A model generated the notes under the pieces. That model saw nothing but the letters and a program-made list of their open reading frames with translations. It searched no databases and was not told the DNA's origin. Both the position numbers and the translations under genes were made by a program. DNA of 64,000 nt from Acidobacteriota bacterium (GTDB taxonomy: Bacteria > Acidobacteriota > Terriglobia > Bryobacterales > Bryobacteraceae): positions 13,586-77,585 of the forward strand of contig JAPKZA010000237.1 in assembly GCA_026394015.1 (NCBI GenBank), written 5' to 3'. This document shows positions 45,083 through 54,319 of the stretch, in pieces. Positions within the stretch are counted from its first letter, which is position 1; every line of letters begins with the position of its first letter.

Positions 45083-45787
45083 ATGATCCACACGCCCTAC
45101 GACCAAATGACGCCCGAACAGAAGTTCGCCTTCGAAGCCGAAGCCCGCGCCCATATGCCGCCCCCCATCGATCTGGCCCGCTACGGCCTCTACATCAGTA
45201 GCCCCCAGGGCTCCACCGGACCCCGCACAAAAGAAGGGAAAGCCCGCTCCAGCAAAAACCGTCTCGCCCATGGTCTCTGCTCCACCGCGCTCCTTCTCGA
45301 TAGCGAATCGCCCGACGAATTCGCCGAAGTCAAAGCCAAAATCTTCACGGCCTACGCCCCTGCCAATCCCGAAGAGGAACTCCTCGTCGAACAACTCGTC
45401 GAAGCCCAATGGCGCCTCCTCCGCGCCCGCCGGGTCGAAGCCAAAACACTCAATGACTTTGACCAACAAGAATGCAATGACGACCTCGCCGACGCCCTCT
45501 GGGTCGACGAACACGCCAAAGTCTGGCAGCGCCTCCAACGCTACCTCACGACCGCCGAACGCAGCCATCAGCGTGCCCTGAAGAATCTGCGCGACGCCCG
45601 GAAGAACCGTCCCCAGACCGCGCCGCAGCCCCCGGCCGTCGCCCCGGCCGTAGAAGTCAAGCAGGCCGAGCCCGCTCCGGTCCCCATCCGGCCGGAACCG
45701 GCCGTCCCGCCCACCGAGTTCGAATCGCAAAAACCGCTCACCATGGCCGCCGGGGTCACCGCGACCGCCTTCACGCCGCGCTGCTGA
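45083..45787 (+). CDS. Hypothetical protein (234 aa)
   Basis: The ATG at 45083 is preceded by GGAGA at 45071. Composition is protein-like from MIHTPYDQMTPEQKFAFEAEARAH onward, with a Pro/Ala-rich tail. The 242 codons upstream in the track ORF look non-coding. Confidence 0.65.
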   Translation: MIHTPYDQMTPEQKFAFEAEARAHMPPPIDLARYGLYISSPQGSTGPRTKEGKARSSKNRLAHGLCSTALLLDSESPDEFAEVKAKIFTAYAPANPEEELLVEQLVEAQWRLLRARRVEAKTLNDFDQQECNDDLADALWVDEHAKVWQRLQRYLTTAERSHQRALKNLRDARKNRPQTAPQPPAVAPAVEVKQAEPAPVPIRPEPAVPPTEFESQKPLTMAAGVTATAFTPRC

Positions 45788-45895
45788 CCCCACTTCGAAT
45801 CGCAAAATCGCCCCGCCGCCTTCGAAACCCAATCCGTAAGAAAGCGCATCGCAGATCTGGGACCTAACCCGACCCTCAACGCAATAGACGGGATT

Positions 45896-48055
45896 CTAGG
45901 GCACCAGGACCTTGGCCACAGCCACGTTGTCCGCATAGTCCGTCGAGCGGACGGCGATCACCATCTCCTGGCCCGCCGTGCGCGGCACGGTCAGCGAGTA
46001 CTTATGCTGCTTGGCGTCGTGCAGGCGGGTCAGCGGCTCCACGATGGTCCAGTCGCCGCCGTTGATCGAGTACTCGGCCTTCTGCAGAATCGAGGCATCA
46101 TCGGTGGCGGTCCAGGTGACGGTGCCGCCCTGCGCCCGCAATTCGCTAATGCGGGGCACCCCGTTGTCGATCAGGAACCACTCGCCTTCCAGTGAGTGCG
46201 ACAACGCCTTGGCCGGCACGTTCGACGGTGAATCGGAAGCGGTCACCCGCAGCTGATACTCGCCGTCCGGAAACGCTTGACTATCCCAGGAGAGATTGCG
46301 AACCGTGACGTGCTCCTTCAAAAGCTTCCATGCCTTCTCGCCGCGCCCCCGGATCTCCACCTTGTACTCCACCGTATCGCCGTTCGCATCGCCCGCCTTC
46401 CACCGTGCCGACTGCGAACCCTTCGAATAGTTCAACGTCGCCGCACCCGGATCCGACGAGGCAACCGACGTCGAAGCCGAGCTCGTCGAAGACATCGCCG
46501 GCAGCGAAAGCGAGGTAGACCGCGTCACCCCCGGCACCCCAATCGGGAACCGATAGTTCGCCTGCGTCACTTCGATCGCTTCAACGAGCGGGGCGACATT
46601 GCGAGGCAGGTAGGCAAGCTCTACGCCCGCCAGTTCCGCGCCACCCGCAAGCGTCACCCGATACTGCAAGAAACGGGCTGCCGGGGAGGCGATGCGCTCG
46701 CCCACTGCTGCCCACGGACTCCAATTGCTCTGCGCCCGATCCACGTTGCCGCTGCGCGTCTCCCACTTGCCGGCTCCCCTGTTGGCGATGATCTTCGGCT
46801 CCACCCGGCCCCATTCTGAGAACAGTCCGGCGTCCATCACGTCGCTTTCCAACGTGCCATCTTTCTCCAGTTCCGGGCCGATCGCGTACACCTTGCCGAT
46901 GTTCCCGGTTACGGCCACAATCGAGCCCCGCGGGCCGCCCACCAAGGCCGTGATCTGCGTCGGCGGCAGCGTCAGCAGCTTGGTCGAGACAAGCTCGGAA
47001 TCAATCCGGTAAACACTGCCGCGATTGCCGGTGCCGACGACGGGCTTACCGTTCGCGTCCAGGCAAATGCTATAGATCACTTCGGAAGCATCCGCCCACA
47101 GCTTCGTCGGGAAGCCATCGGCGGCAATCTGCATCAACTCCGACCCACCGCTCACCGAACTCGGCGTCGTCGAAGGCGGGGGCGCGGCCAGCCGCGGTGC
47201 GGCCGCTACGTTCATACCGGTAACGGCGACCTGCGGAGGCGGAGCCGCCAGTGGCGCGGGCGGCGGAGCGGGCGCGGCGGAGGCCGCCTTGTTGCCCACC
47301 CCAGCCGCGAAGATCGTGCCATCAGCCGCCACGGCCAACGCGGTGATCTCACGCTTGCTCGACTGATGCAGCACGAAGCCCCCGGCCGCCGTCACCCGCA
47401 AAATCAGCCCGCTCGGCTCCGTACCCACAATCACGTCCCCGTTCGGCGCTACGGCCAACGAGCGGATGTGCTCGTCATCCGCCTTGAAAAACACTTGTCC
47501 GGTGCCAGCCGCGCTCACGCGATGCACCTCGCCACGGTCGCCCGTGCCGACGAACAGGTCCCCCGACTTGGCGAACGCCATCGCCCAAATGTACTTGGCC
47601 TTCGGGTCATAAAACACGGTCGACTTCCCATCGGCCCCAATCTTGTAAACCTTGCCGTCCGGCGCCGTCGCCACATAAAGCTGGTCGCGCGCATCCACCG
47701 CCAGCGCCTGAATCTGCAAGCCCGGCACTTCGCCCAACGTGCGGCCTTGGCCCTGCGCGTTCACGGCGAATACCTTCGCGGACGTGCCGCCGGGGTTGCC
47801 GCCGCCGGTATAGATCGTCCCTTTCGAATCTCGCGCCACCGCCCAAAGGTAGGACGTCGAAGGGTCGAAAAGCTCCTTCGACAAAGGGGCCAGCATCACC
47901 CGGCCATCGCTGCGCAGCGCCAGGCGTTTCAACGTTGCCCGTTCATAGTCTGCCTTCGCGGAGTTCGTCCAGAACTGAGTTTCGACGCCGAGCGCCATCG
48001 TCACGAGCAGCGCGGCAGCAGCGCCCGCGCGCAAAAGAGGAAACGAAGAGAACAT
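45896..48055 (-). CDS. Secreted beta-propeller repeat protein with a C-terminal Ig-like (Y_Y_Y-type) domain
   Basis: It has a signal peptide and repeated units of the form ...G.IY.G...G.V..., such as SKGTIYTGGG, DQLYVATAPDGKVYKI, GDLFVGTGDRGEVHRV and GDVIVGTEPSGLILRV. Confidence 0.7.
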   Translation of the reverse strand: MFSSFPLLRAGAAAALLVTMALGVETQFWTNSAKADYERATLKRLALRSDGRVMLAPLSKELFDPSTSYLWAVARDSKGTIYTGGGNPGGTSAKVFAVNAQGQGRTLGEVPGLQIQALAVDARDQLYVATAPDGKVYKIGADGKSTVFYDPKAKYIWAMAFAKSGDLFVGTGDRGEVHRVSAAGTGQVFFKADDEHIRSLAVAPNGDVIVGTEPSGLILRVTAAGGFVLHQSSKREITALAVAADGTIFAAGVGNKAASAAPAPPPAPLAAPPPQVAVTGMNVAAAPRLAAPPPSTTPSSVSGGSELMQIAADGFPTKLWADASEVIYSICLDANGKPVVGTGNRGSVYRIDSELVSTKLLTLPPTQITALVGGPRGSIVAVTGNIGKVYAIGPELEKDGTLESDVMDAGLFSEWGRVEPKIIANRGAGKWETRSGNVDRAQSNWSPWAAVGERIASPAARFLQYRVTLAGGAELAGVELAYLPRNVAPLVEAIEVTQANYRFPIGVPGVTRSTSLSLPAMSSTSSASTSVASSDPGAATLNYSKGSQSARWKAGDANGDTVEYKVEIRGRGEKAWKLLKEHVTVRNLSWDSQAFPDGEYQLRVTASDSPSNVPAKALSHSLEGEWFLIDNGVPRISELRAQGGTVTWTATDDASILQKAEYSINGGDWTIVEPLTRLHDAKQHKYSLTVPRTAGQEMVIAVRSTDYADNVAVAKVLVP

Positions 48056-48058
48056 GCG

Positions 48059-49873
48059 TTATTTCACCGTCACGCGCAGCGAATGGCTGCCGCTGACCAT
48101 ATAGTCAAAAGGAATGGATACTTCAGCCAGCGCGGTTTCCGGCGCGGCCAGGTAACTACGGGCCGAACTGCGGCCGTTCTGCATCACGTTCAGAACCGAC
48201 GACGGCAGGTTCGGCATCGTCTTGTCGTCGACAAACATCGTCGGCCGATTCTGCACGAGCGTGGCGTAAAGCCGGTTGTTGGTGCGCTCCTGCCGGATGA
48301 GCGAAACAATCTCCGGCACGTCCAGAAACCGATTCATCTGTCCGGCCATGTTCTGCATCCGGTTCAACGTATCGGCGTCGCTCAGCACCACGCGATACTG
48401 TCCGCCCGCCATGCTCTTCGGCACTTGCAGCTTAATCTCGCGTTCCAGCCGACCGCCCCGGTACGGCCGCAAATACACCTTCACCGGCAGTTCCGCCCCG
48501 GGCTCCACTTCGCTTACCGGCAGCCAGGCGCTCTCAATGGTCGCCGTCCGCCGCTCCGGAATCAGATCCACCGAAACGTCCACCCGCTTCAAATCGGGCA
48601 TCGAAATCTGGTTCAAAAATAGACGGTTGAACTTATCGCCCCACCATCCAGCCAACTGCATCGAAGCCGGCACCGGCGCTTCGCTCGGCGACTGGATCGT
48701 CGACAGGTCCAGCTTCTGGCCGTTGCTTAACTCCACCATGCCGTTAAACCGGTACGACGTATCTTCGGCGAAATCGTTCATCCCGGAAACCGAATTGAAC
48801 AGCGTCACCATCATCAGGTACGGCGTCCATTTCTGCTGCACGAAGACGTTGAAGTTCAGAACCTTGTTCTTCACCGCGTTGCCGTTCTCGCCCAGCGAGT
48901 TCACTTTCACGTTGACCGGAATCATCCGCGCCTCTTCGCCGAGCACGCCCATAATGCCGCTGTGCCGATCCTGCCGCAGCGCTCCGACGATCTCCGTCGC
49001 GTTCGCAAATTTGTTCGGCTGAAATGCCGACGAAAGCACCATCAGCACTTCGCCCTTGCTCATCGGCATGCTCACCGGGCCCAGGTTGAAGAACGGATGG
49101 CCGAAGCCCAGCACGCGTTTGCCGTCGTTGTAGGTCACCGTCCCCAGGCCCGTCATGCTCATGTCGCCGCTCACCAGCACGCCCGCAATGGCATCACCCG
49201 GCTGCAGCGCTTTCTCCCAACCCAACGCCGGCTTGGCCGCCTGCAACGCGGCCGAAGCCCCACCCTGCACCGGATTCAAACCCATCTGCCGAAACATCGG
49301 GCCGAACTGCGTCAGCACCTCGGTCTGAAAGCCACTCAACGTCAACGGCGTTTCAATCGGCACCATGTACGGCGCGCTCATCACCTGCTGCATTTCGCTC
49401 GGCACCGAAAGGCGCGCCTGCTGCGAACCGCCCTGCGGCAGCCGCGCGTCGGAAGGCCGCGTCTGGTCGAAATCGTTAATCTCCAGCATCAGCTCAATCG
49501 GCGTGATGCCGCAAATCGCATCGGGAGAGAAGACACTGAGCCGCAACGAAACCGCGCCCATCATCTTGCCATCGATATAGACAGGGCTGCCCGACATCCC
49601 ACCGGCCACGTTCGTCCGCTGGGCCTTACCGCCCATCTTGCCAATGATGATGTCCTGCTTCGGCCCCCAGGCGTTCTTCCAAACGCCAATGATCTCAATG
49701 GGGACCGCCTCCGGCTCGGTGCCTTCGAACACAGTCCAGGCGGTGGCCTGCATCCCCTTCTTCACCTGACCAATGGGGAGGATGTCGACGCGACCCGCAC
49801 GGGGCCGGGGCATCTCCGCGGCCTGGGCCAAGCTGGCGCCAGCGACCGCTCCGAGCAACTCTCGTCTTGTCAT
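48059..49873 (-). CDS. Peptidase S55 (SpoIVB-like) domain protein
   Basis: It has a Tat-like N-terminus (MTRRELLGAVAGASLAQA) and the Ser-protease motif GGMSGSPVYIDGKMMGAV. Confidence 0.75.
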   Translation of the reverse strand: MTRRELLGAVAGASLAQAAEMPRPRAGRVDILPIGQVKKGMQATAWTVFEGTEPEAVPIEIIGVWKNAWGPKQDIIIGKMGGKAQRTNVAGGMSGSPVYIDGKMMGAVSLRLSVFSPDAICGITPIELMLEINDFDQTRPSDARLPQGGSQQARLSVPSEMQQVMSAPYMVPIETPLTLSGFQTEVLTQFGPMFRQMGLNPVQGGASAALQAAKPALGWEKALQPGDAIAGVLVSGDMSMTGLGTVTYNDGKRVLGFGHPFFNLGPVSMPMSKGEVLMVLSSAFQPNKFANATEIVGALRQDRHSGIMGVLGEEARMIPVNVKVNSLGENGNAVKNKVLNFNVFVQQKWTPYLMMVTLFNSVSGMNDFAEDTSYRFNGMVELSNGQKLDLSTIQSPSEAPVPASMQLAGWWGDKFNRLFLNQISMPDLKRVDVSVDLIPERRTATIESAWLPVSEVEPGAELPVKVYLRPYRGGRLEREIKLQVPKSMAGGQYRVVLSDADTLNRMQNMAGQMNRFLDVPEIVSLIRQERTNNRLYATLVQNRPTMFVDDKTMPNLPSSVLNVMQNGRSSARSYLAAPETALAEVSIPFDYMVSGSHSLRVTVK

Positions 49874-49905
49874 AAAGCTAGTTACTAGTGTAGACGCCGC
49901 GGAGC

Positions 49906-51033
49906 CTACGCTTGGCGGGTAAACTTCTTCCCGGAAAACAGAGCCAGATTGGCCATGTGCGGACCGGCCACCGCCGCGGCGGCAATCTCCACCGTGCAGT
50001 TCGGATCCTGCCGCGTCTTCATGCAGTCGAAGAAGTTCTGAATATGCGGCTCCATCGGCACCGGCGCCTGCGCCTGCTTGATCGGAGCGGCGTCACGCTT
50101 CCACGGTTCTTTGTAAACGGCGTAGCCGGAATCATCCAGCACCATCGTCGCCTCATCGCCCTGAAAAGTAATCGACCAGCCGTTCTGATACGCGTTCGCG
50201 TAGTCCAGCGTCCACGTCACCAGCATCTTCGGATACTCGAAAATCGACGAAAAAACATCCGGGTGCTCGGCCCCCTTCATCTTCGCCACGTAGCCCGCCG
50301 CTTGCGCCGCCAGCGGCGACGTGTTCTGCGTGAACCACTGCGTCACGTCCATCAGATGGGTCCCTTGGTCGGTCATGTTCCCGCCGGCGTAGTCGAAGAA
50401 GTAGCGCCAATTGCGAAAGCGCATCGGTTCCAGTTCCCGCTTCGGCGCATCGCCCAAGAAAGCACGCCAGTCTAACGAGCCGGGCAGCGGACCGTTATTG
50501 AGCTCCTTCGCAATGTTCCAGTTCCACTGCGGCTTAACGAGCGTGATCTGGCCCAGCGTCCCTTCGTCCACCAACCGCTTGGCTTCGATCAACGCCGGGG
50601 CGCTGCGACGTTGCATCCCAATCTGCACCACTTGCTTCGAAGCCCGCACCGCGTCCACCATGATCTTGCTCTGCTCGAGCGACTTCGACAGCGGCTTTTC
50701 GAGATAAACGTCCTTCTTCGCTGCCAACGCCGCCTGCAACATCGGCCAATGCTGATGGTCCGGGGAAGCGATCACCACGCAGTCCATCTTCTGCGCCAGC
50801 AAGTCCTGATACGCCGTGAACCGTCGCGCCTCCGGCGAAATCGCGGTGGCCTTGTCCAGATTCGGCGAATAGATATCACAGATCGCGACGCATTGCGCGC
50901 CGAGCTTCTGAAATCGCTCCTGCAGATAGCGGCCCCGGCCGCCCGTGGCAATTACGCCGAACGTAATCTGCTCATTGGCCCCAAATAGAGACGTGGCGGC
51001 CAAGGCCCCCACAAACTCCCGTCGATTCGACAT
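49906..51033 (-). CDS. Gfo/Idh/MocA-family oxidoreductase with a Tat signal
   Basis: The N-terminus is MSNRREFVGALAATSLFGA. The Rossmann region reads FGVIATGGRGRY, and EKPLS is present. Confidence 0.85.
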   Translation of the reverse strand: MSNRREFVGALAATSLFGANEQITFGVIATGGRGRYLQERFQKLGAQCVAICDIYSPNLDKATAISPEARRFTAYQDLLAQKMDCVVIASPDHQHWPMLQAALAAKKDVYLEKPLSKSLEQSKIMVDAVRASKQVVQIGMQRRSAPALIEAKRLVDEGTLGQITLVKPQWNWNIAKELNNGPLPGSLDWRAFLGDAPKRELEPMRFRNWRYFFDYAGGNMTDQGTHLMDVTQWFTQNTSPLAAQAAGYVAKMKGAEHPDVFSSIFEYPKMLVTWTLDYANAYQNGWSITFQGDEATMVLDDSGYAVYKEPWKRDAAPIKQAQAPVPMEPHIQNFFDCMKTRQDPNCTVEIAAAAVAGPHMANLALFSGKKFTRQA

Positions 51034-51038
51034 AGCGG

Positions 51039-51773
51039 TTACTCCTTGCGGCAGCAGAGCACGCGAGAGGGATAGCAGCTTTGCCAAGAGCTCTGATCAC
51101 CGACGATCGTAAAATCCAGGCTCTCAATGATGGCTGGCATGCTGGCCTCCACTTGTCGGCCCCAGAAAGACGGTATCACGCTCGCCGCCACTTGGTAAGC
51201 CTTGTTGAATACGTCGGAGTTCTGGCCGATCAGAATGGTCGTGAACATGCCCTTCGGCCGTAGCACCCGTCGAATTTCTTCGAGCGTACCTTGGACGTCT
51301 TCCGTTCCCAGCAGCTCAAACAAATAGCAGCAAAAGATCGCGTCGAAAGATTCATCGCGAAACGGCAGATGCCGCGCGTCCACCGCATGGCAGTGCGTCT
51401 TGGCCGAAGGATACTGCGTCCGTACGCTCCGTTGCGTCTTCGCCGCCATGCGCGGTGAAATATCAATTCCCAGGGTCTGCCCGCTCCCGTTGTTGCCCGC
51501 CAGCCGACGGAACATTTCGCCAGAGCCGGTGGCGATCTCCAAAACCCGCATCCCGTCCGTCACCCCGCTCATCTTCAGGGCCGATTGGTGGGCGTTGGAA
51601 TGAAAAAAATACGTGGAAGCGGGGTAAACTCCCGCCAGCAGGTCGTACATCCGCCGGGTACGATCCGCGATCGTTTCGTGCAGGCGAGCGTTAGGCTCGG
51701 CCCGCGGCACCCTGAGGGGTCCAAATTCCAGTTCGTCAACAGGAGGCTGCATGCAGAGCGTTCGTAGCTTCAT
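51039..51773 (-). CDS. Class I SAM-dependent methyltransferase
   Basis: Motif I is VLEIATGSGEMF. FDAIFCCYLFELL and LRPKGMFTTIL are also present. I chose the start that avoids overlap with the kinase gene. Confidence 0.8.
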   Translation of the reverse strand: MKLRTLCMQPPVDELEFGPLRVPRAEPNARLHETIADRTRRMYDLLAGVYPASTYFFHSNAHQSALKMSGVTDGMRVLEIATGSGEMFRRLAGNNGSGQTLGIDISPRMAAKTQRSVRTQYPSAKTHCHAVDARHLPFRDESFDAIFCCYLFELLGTEDVQGTLEEIRRVLRPKGMFTTILIGQNSDVFNKAYQVAASVIPSFWGRQVEASMPAIIESLDFTIVGDQSSWQSCYPSRVLCCRKE

Positions 51774-51783
51774 CCTAGCAACT

Positions 51784-53079
51784 TCAGCGAGAAGCCGGAA
51801 ACTCAATCTCCGTTTTAGTGCCTTCGCCCTCCCGACTGTCAATCACCATCCGGTAATCGTCCCCGTACAAAACCTTCAGCCGCTCGTTGACGTTGCTGAC
51901 TCCAATGCCACTTTCGAACATCGTCGCCAACTTCGCCTCCGGCACCCCCACCCCGTCATCTTCGATCTGCAGCTTCATCCGGCCGTTGACGAACTGAGCC
52001 GCCAACCGGATCCGGCCGCCGTCGATCTTACCCGCCAGCCCATGCTTAATGCTGTTCTCAATAATCGGCTGAATCAACATCGCCGGCACCAACTGGTCCA
52101 GCGTCTCCGGTTCCACAATCCGCTCAAACCGCAGCTTATCGCCGAAACGCGTCATTTCGATCGATAGGTAATCGTCGATGAACGACAGCTCATCCCGCAA
52201 CGGCGTCATCGCGTCACTCTTCTTCATCAGCCGCCGCAGAATGTTCGATAGCTTCACCACCACGCCCCGCGCCTGGTCCGGATTCGTGCGGATCAACGCG
52301 TTCACCGTATTCAGCGTATTGAACAGGAAATGCGGATTGATCTGGCTGGTCAACGCGTGCAGCCGCGCCTCGGTCACCAACCGCTGCTGCTCTTGCAGTA
52401 ATAGATCGGTCCGGATGGTGTTCCAAATCTTCAAGGGCAGCGCCACCGCGAACACGGTCGTCGCGCAGATCAGCGCCACCGAGCCCCAGTCCGGATCGGT
52501 CCAACTCGCGTAGATCGAATAGAACAACCGATCCTCCACGATACGGTCGATCAACCATCGCAGCAACTCCGCGAACAGAATCGTCAGCAGAAAAACCAAG
52601 TGAAAGGCGGTCACCCGCGTATCGTACTTTCGACGAAAGAGTCGCGAAATCGTCAGGTCGAAATACGGCGAAAAGCTCCACACGCTGTCCGGTGTCGGGG
52701 CCAGATCGCGCAACAACCCGCCCAACACCCCCACCCCCGCAAACAGCAGAATGCTCAAATACTCTCCGGTGATCATCGCCGGCAGCGACATCAGAATCCC
52801 GCCCACCAACCCCGTAAAGTAGCCGCCCAACACCCCGGCCAGTAGCGCCCCCTCCAACCCCAGGTCCAACGCCAGGTACGCGTTATCGGTCAAAACCCGC
52901 CCCGCCACGCCCACTCCGAACAGCAGCGCCAGAATCGCCGCGAAGCGAAATTGCTGTTCCATGGTTCTTTCTTCGCGCAGCAGCATCCTAACAAATAGGC
53001 TTGATCGGCCGAGAATACTCGCCAGCGAAGCGGCCACCGCCAGCTTCATCAGCAAGACTGCTAAATGTTGTTCGAGCAT
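51784..53079 (-). CDS. LytS/YehU-type sensor histidine kinase (multi-TM sensor, His_kinase and HATPase domains)
   Basis: The TM-rich N-terminus is followed by QINPHFLFNTLNTVNALI and an ATPase region (IENSIKHG ... GVGVSNVNERLK). No response regulator gene is adjacent. Confidence 0.85.
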   Translation of the reverse strand: MLEQHLAVLLMKLAVAASLASILGRSSLFVRMLLREERTMEQQFRFAAILALLFGVGVAGRVLTDNAYLALDLGLEGALLAGVLGGYFTGLVGGILMSLPAMITGEYLSILLFAGVGVLGGLLRDLAPTPDSVWSFSPYFDLTISRLFRRKYDTRVTAFHLVFLLTILFAELLRWLIDRIVEDRLFYSIYASWTDPDWGSVALICATTVFAVALPLKIWNTIRTDLLLQEQQRLVTEARLHALTSQINPHFLFNTLNTVNALIRTNPDQARGVVVKLSNILRRLMKKSDAMTPLRDELSFIDDYLSIEMTRFGDKLRFERIVEPETLDQLVPAMLIQPIIENSIKHGLAGKIDGGRIRLAAQFVNGRMKLQIEDDGVGVPEAKLATMFESGIGVSNVNERLKVLYGDDYRMVIDSREGEGTKTEIEFPASR

Positions 53080-53092
53080 TCAACCCTATAAT

Positions 53093-53719
53093 ATGAGTGT
53101 GTTTCGTTTGGAAAAAGTAGCCGACGCCCGGTTCCCGACCCGCTTCGGCGACTTCCGAATTTTCGGCTTCGTGGGGCATTTCGCAGACCGGATTGAAGAA
53201 GCCGTGGTGCTGGTGATGGGAGACCTCGACGGCGAGCCGCCGCTCGTCCGCATTCACTCTCAGTGTCTCACTGGCGATGTCTTCCATAGTTTACGCTGCG
53301 ATTGCCGCGAGCAGCTCGAAATGGCCCTCGCCAAAATCGGCGTCGCTGGCCGCGGCATTCTGCTCTACGAGCAGCAGGAAGGGCGGGGCATCGGCATCAT
53401 GAACAAGCTCCGCGCCTACGCCCTGCAGGACGCCGGAGCCGACACGATCGAAGCCAACGAGCAATTGGGCTTCGCCGCCGATCTGCGCAACTACGAGTTG
53501 CCCGTGGCCATTCTCCAATACTTCGGCCTGAAGTCCGTGCAGTTCATGTCCAACAACCCGGACAAAATGTCCGCCCTCGAGGCCGGTGGCATCGCCGTCT
53601 TCGAGCGCGTGCCCATGATCGCCGAACCCATGGAAGAACGCGACTTCTACCTCAAGACGAAGCGCGAGCGGATGGGCCACCTGTTCGACGCGGTGTTGTC
53701 TGAATCTCCAGTAAAGTAA
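53093..53719 (+). CDS. ribA: GTP cyclohydrolase II
   Basis: VRIHSQCLTGDVFHSLRCDCREQLEMAL and ILLYEQQEGRGIGIMNKLRAYALQD match RibA. Confidence 0.9.
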   Translation: MSVFRLEKVADARFPTRFGDFRIFGFVGHFADRIEEAVVLVMGDLDGEPPLVRIHSQCLTGDVFHSLRCDCREQLEMALAKIGVAGRGILLYEQQEGRGIGIMNKLRAYALQDAGADTIEANEQLGFAADLRNYELPVAILQYFGLKSVQFMSNNPDKMSALEAGGIAVFERVPMIAEPMEERDFYLKTKRERMGHLFDAVLSESPVK

Positions 53720-53942
53720 GCCGCCGCAGCGCATCCTCCGCGTCCGCTCCACACATGCCCGGCTCCGGTTGCAGACCCACACAGACCGCCGGCCGCGTCG
53801 GTAGCCCAAACAGCTCGCACAAATTCTCCGCCGTCAGGTGCGCACACCGCACCCCGGCCGGCTTCCCCTCTGGCATCTTCGGCAGCGGCGTCGAAATGGA
53901 GGGCGCGATGCAACAAGCGCCGCATCCCACCCGGCAGGTCAC
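53652..53942 (-). CDS. YkgJ-family (UPF0153) cysteine-cluster protein
   Basis: A GTG start overlaps the queD stop (GTGA). The sequence is CRVGCGACCIAPSISTPLPKMPEGKPAGVRCAHLTAENLCELFGLPTRPAVCVGL. Its 3' end overlaps the convergent ribA gene by 68 nt. Confidence 0.55.
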   Translation of the reverse strand: MTCRVGCGACCIAPSISTPLPKMPEGKPAGVRCAHLTAENLCELFGLPTRPAVCVGLQPEPGMCGADAEDALRRLTLLEIQTTPRRTGGPSARASS

Positions 53943-54319
53943 GGCTTGTACACCGCGCTGCACTGGTCCATCTCCCAAACCTCCACCCGCGCAATCCGCA
54001 CCGTCGTCTCCGGCTGCAGCCCCGGCAGATCCTGACTCAGATCCTCGCAAATGAAGCGTGCCACGTTCTCCGCCGACGGGTTAATCACATCAAACGGGCT
54101 CACCTCATTCAAAAACTGGTGGTCCAGCCGGCCAAGCACCCGCGCAATCGATTTCTTCAGCCCGATGAAGTCGACAAGCAAACCCATCGAATCCAGCTCC
54201 GGCCCCTCAATCGTCACCCGCATCTTCCAGTTATGGCCGTGGATCGGCTCCGTCTTGCCATAGTAGTTGCGCAGCGCGTGCGCGGCGGGAAACACCGCTT
54301 CAACATTCACTTCAAACAC
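53939..54319 (-). CDS. queD: 6-carboxy-5,6,7,8-tetrahydropterin synthase
   Basis: FPAAHALRNYYGKTEPIHGHNWKMRVTIEG and DHQFLNEV match QueD. Confidence 0.9.
   Translation of the reverse strand: MFEVNVEAVFPAAHALRNYYGKTEPIHGHNWKMRVTIEGPELDSMGLLVDFIGLKKSIARVLGRLDHQFLNEVSPFDVINPSAENVARFICEDLSQDLPGLQPETTVRIARVEVWEMDQCSAVYKP

Noticed and set aside
45719-45807. 14-bp direct repeat TTCGAATCGCAAAA (45719-45732 and 45794-45807)
   Set aside because: It is a single short duplication straddling a stop codon, with no array structure or associated genes. It is probably a chance event or a local slippage relic.
47366-49888. 418-aa and 308-aa + ORFs
   Set aside because: They are Arg/His-rich shadows of the propeller and S55 peptidase genes.
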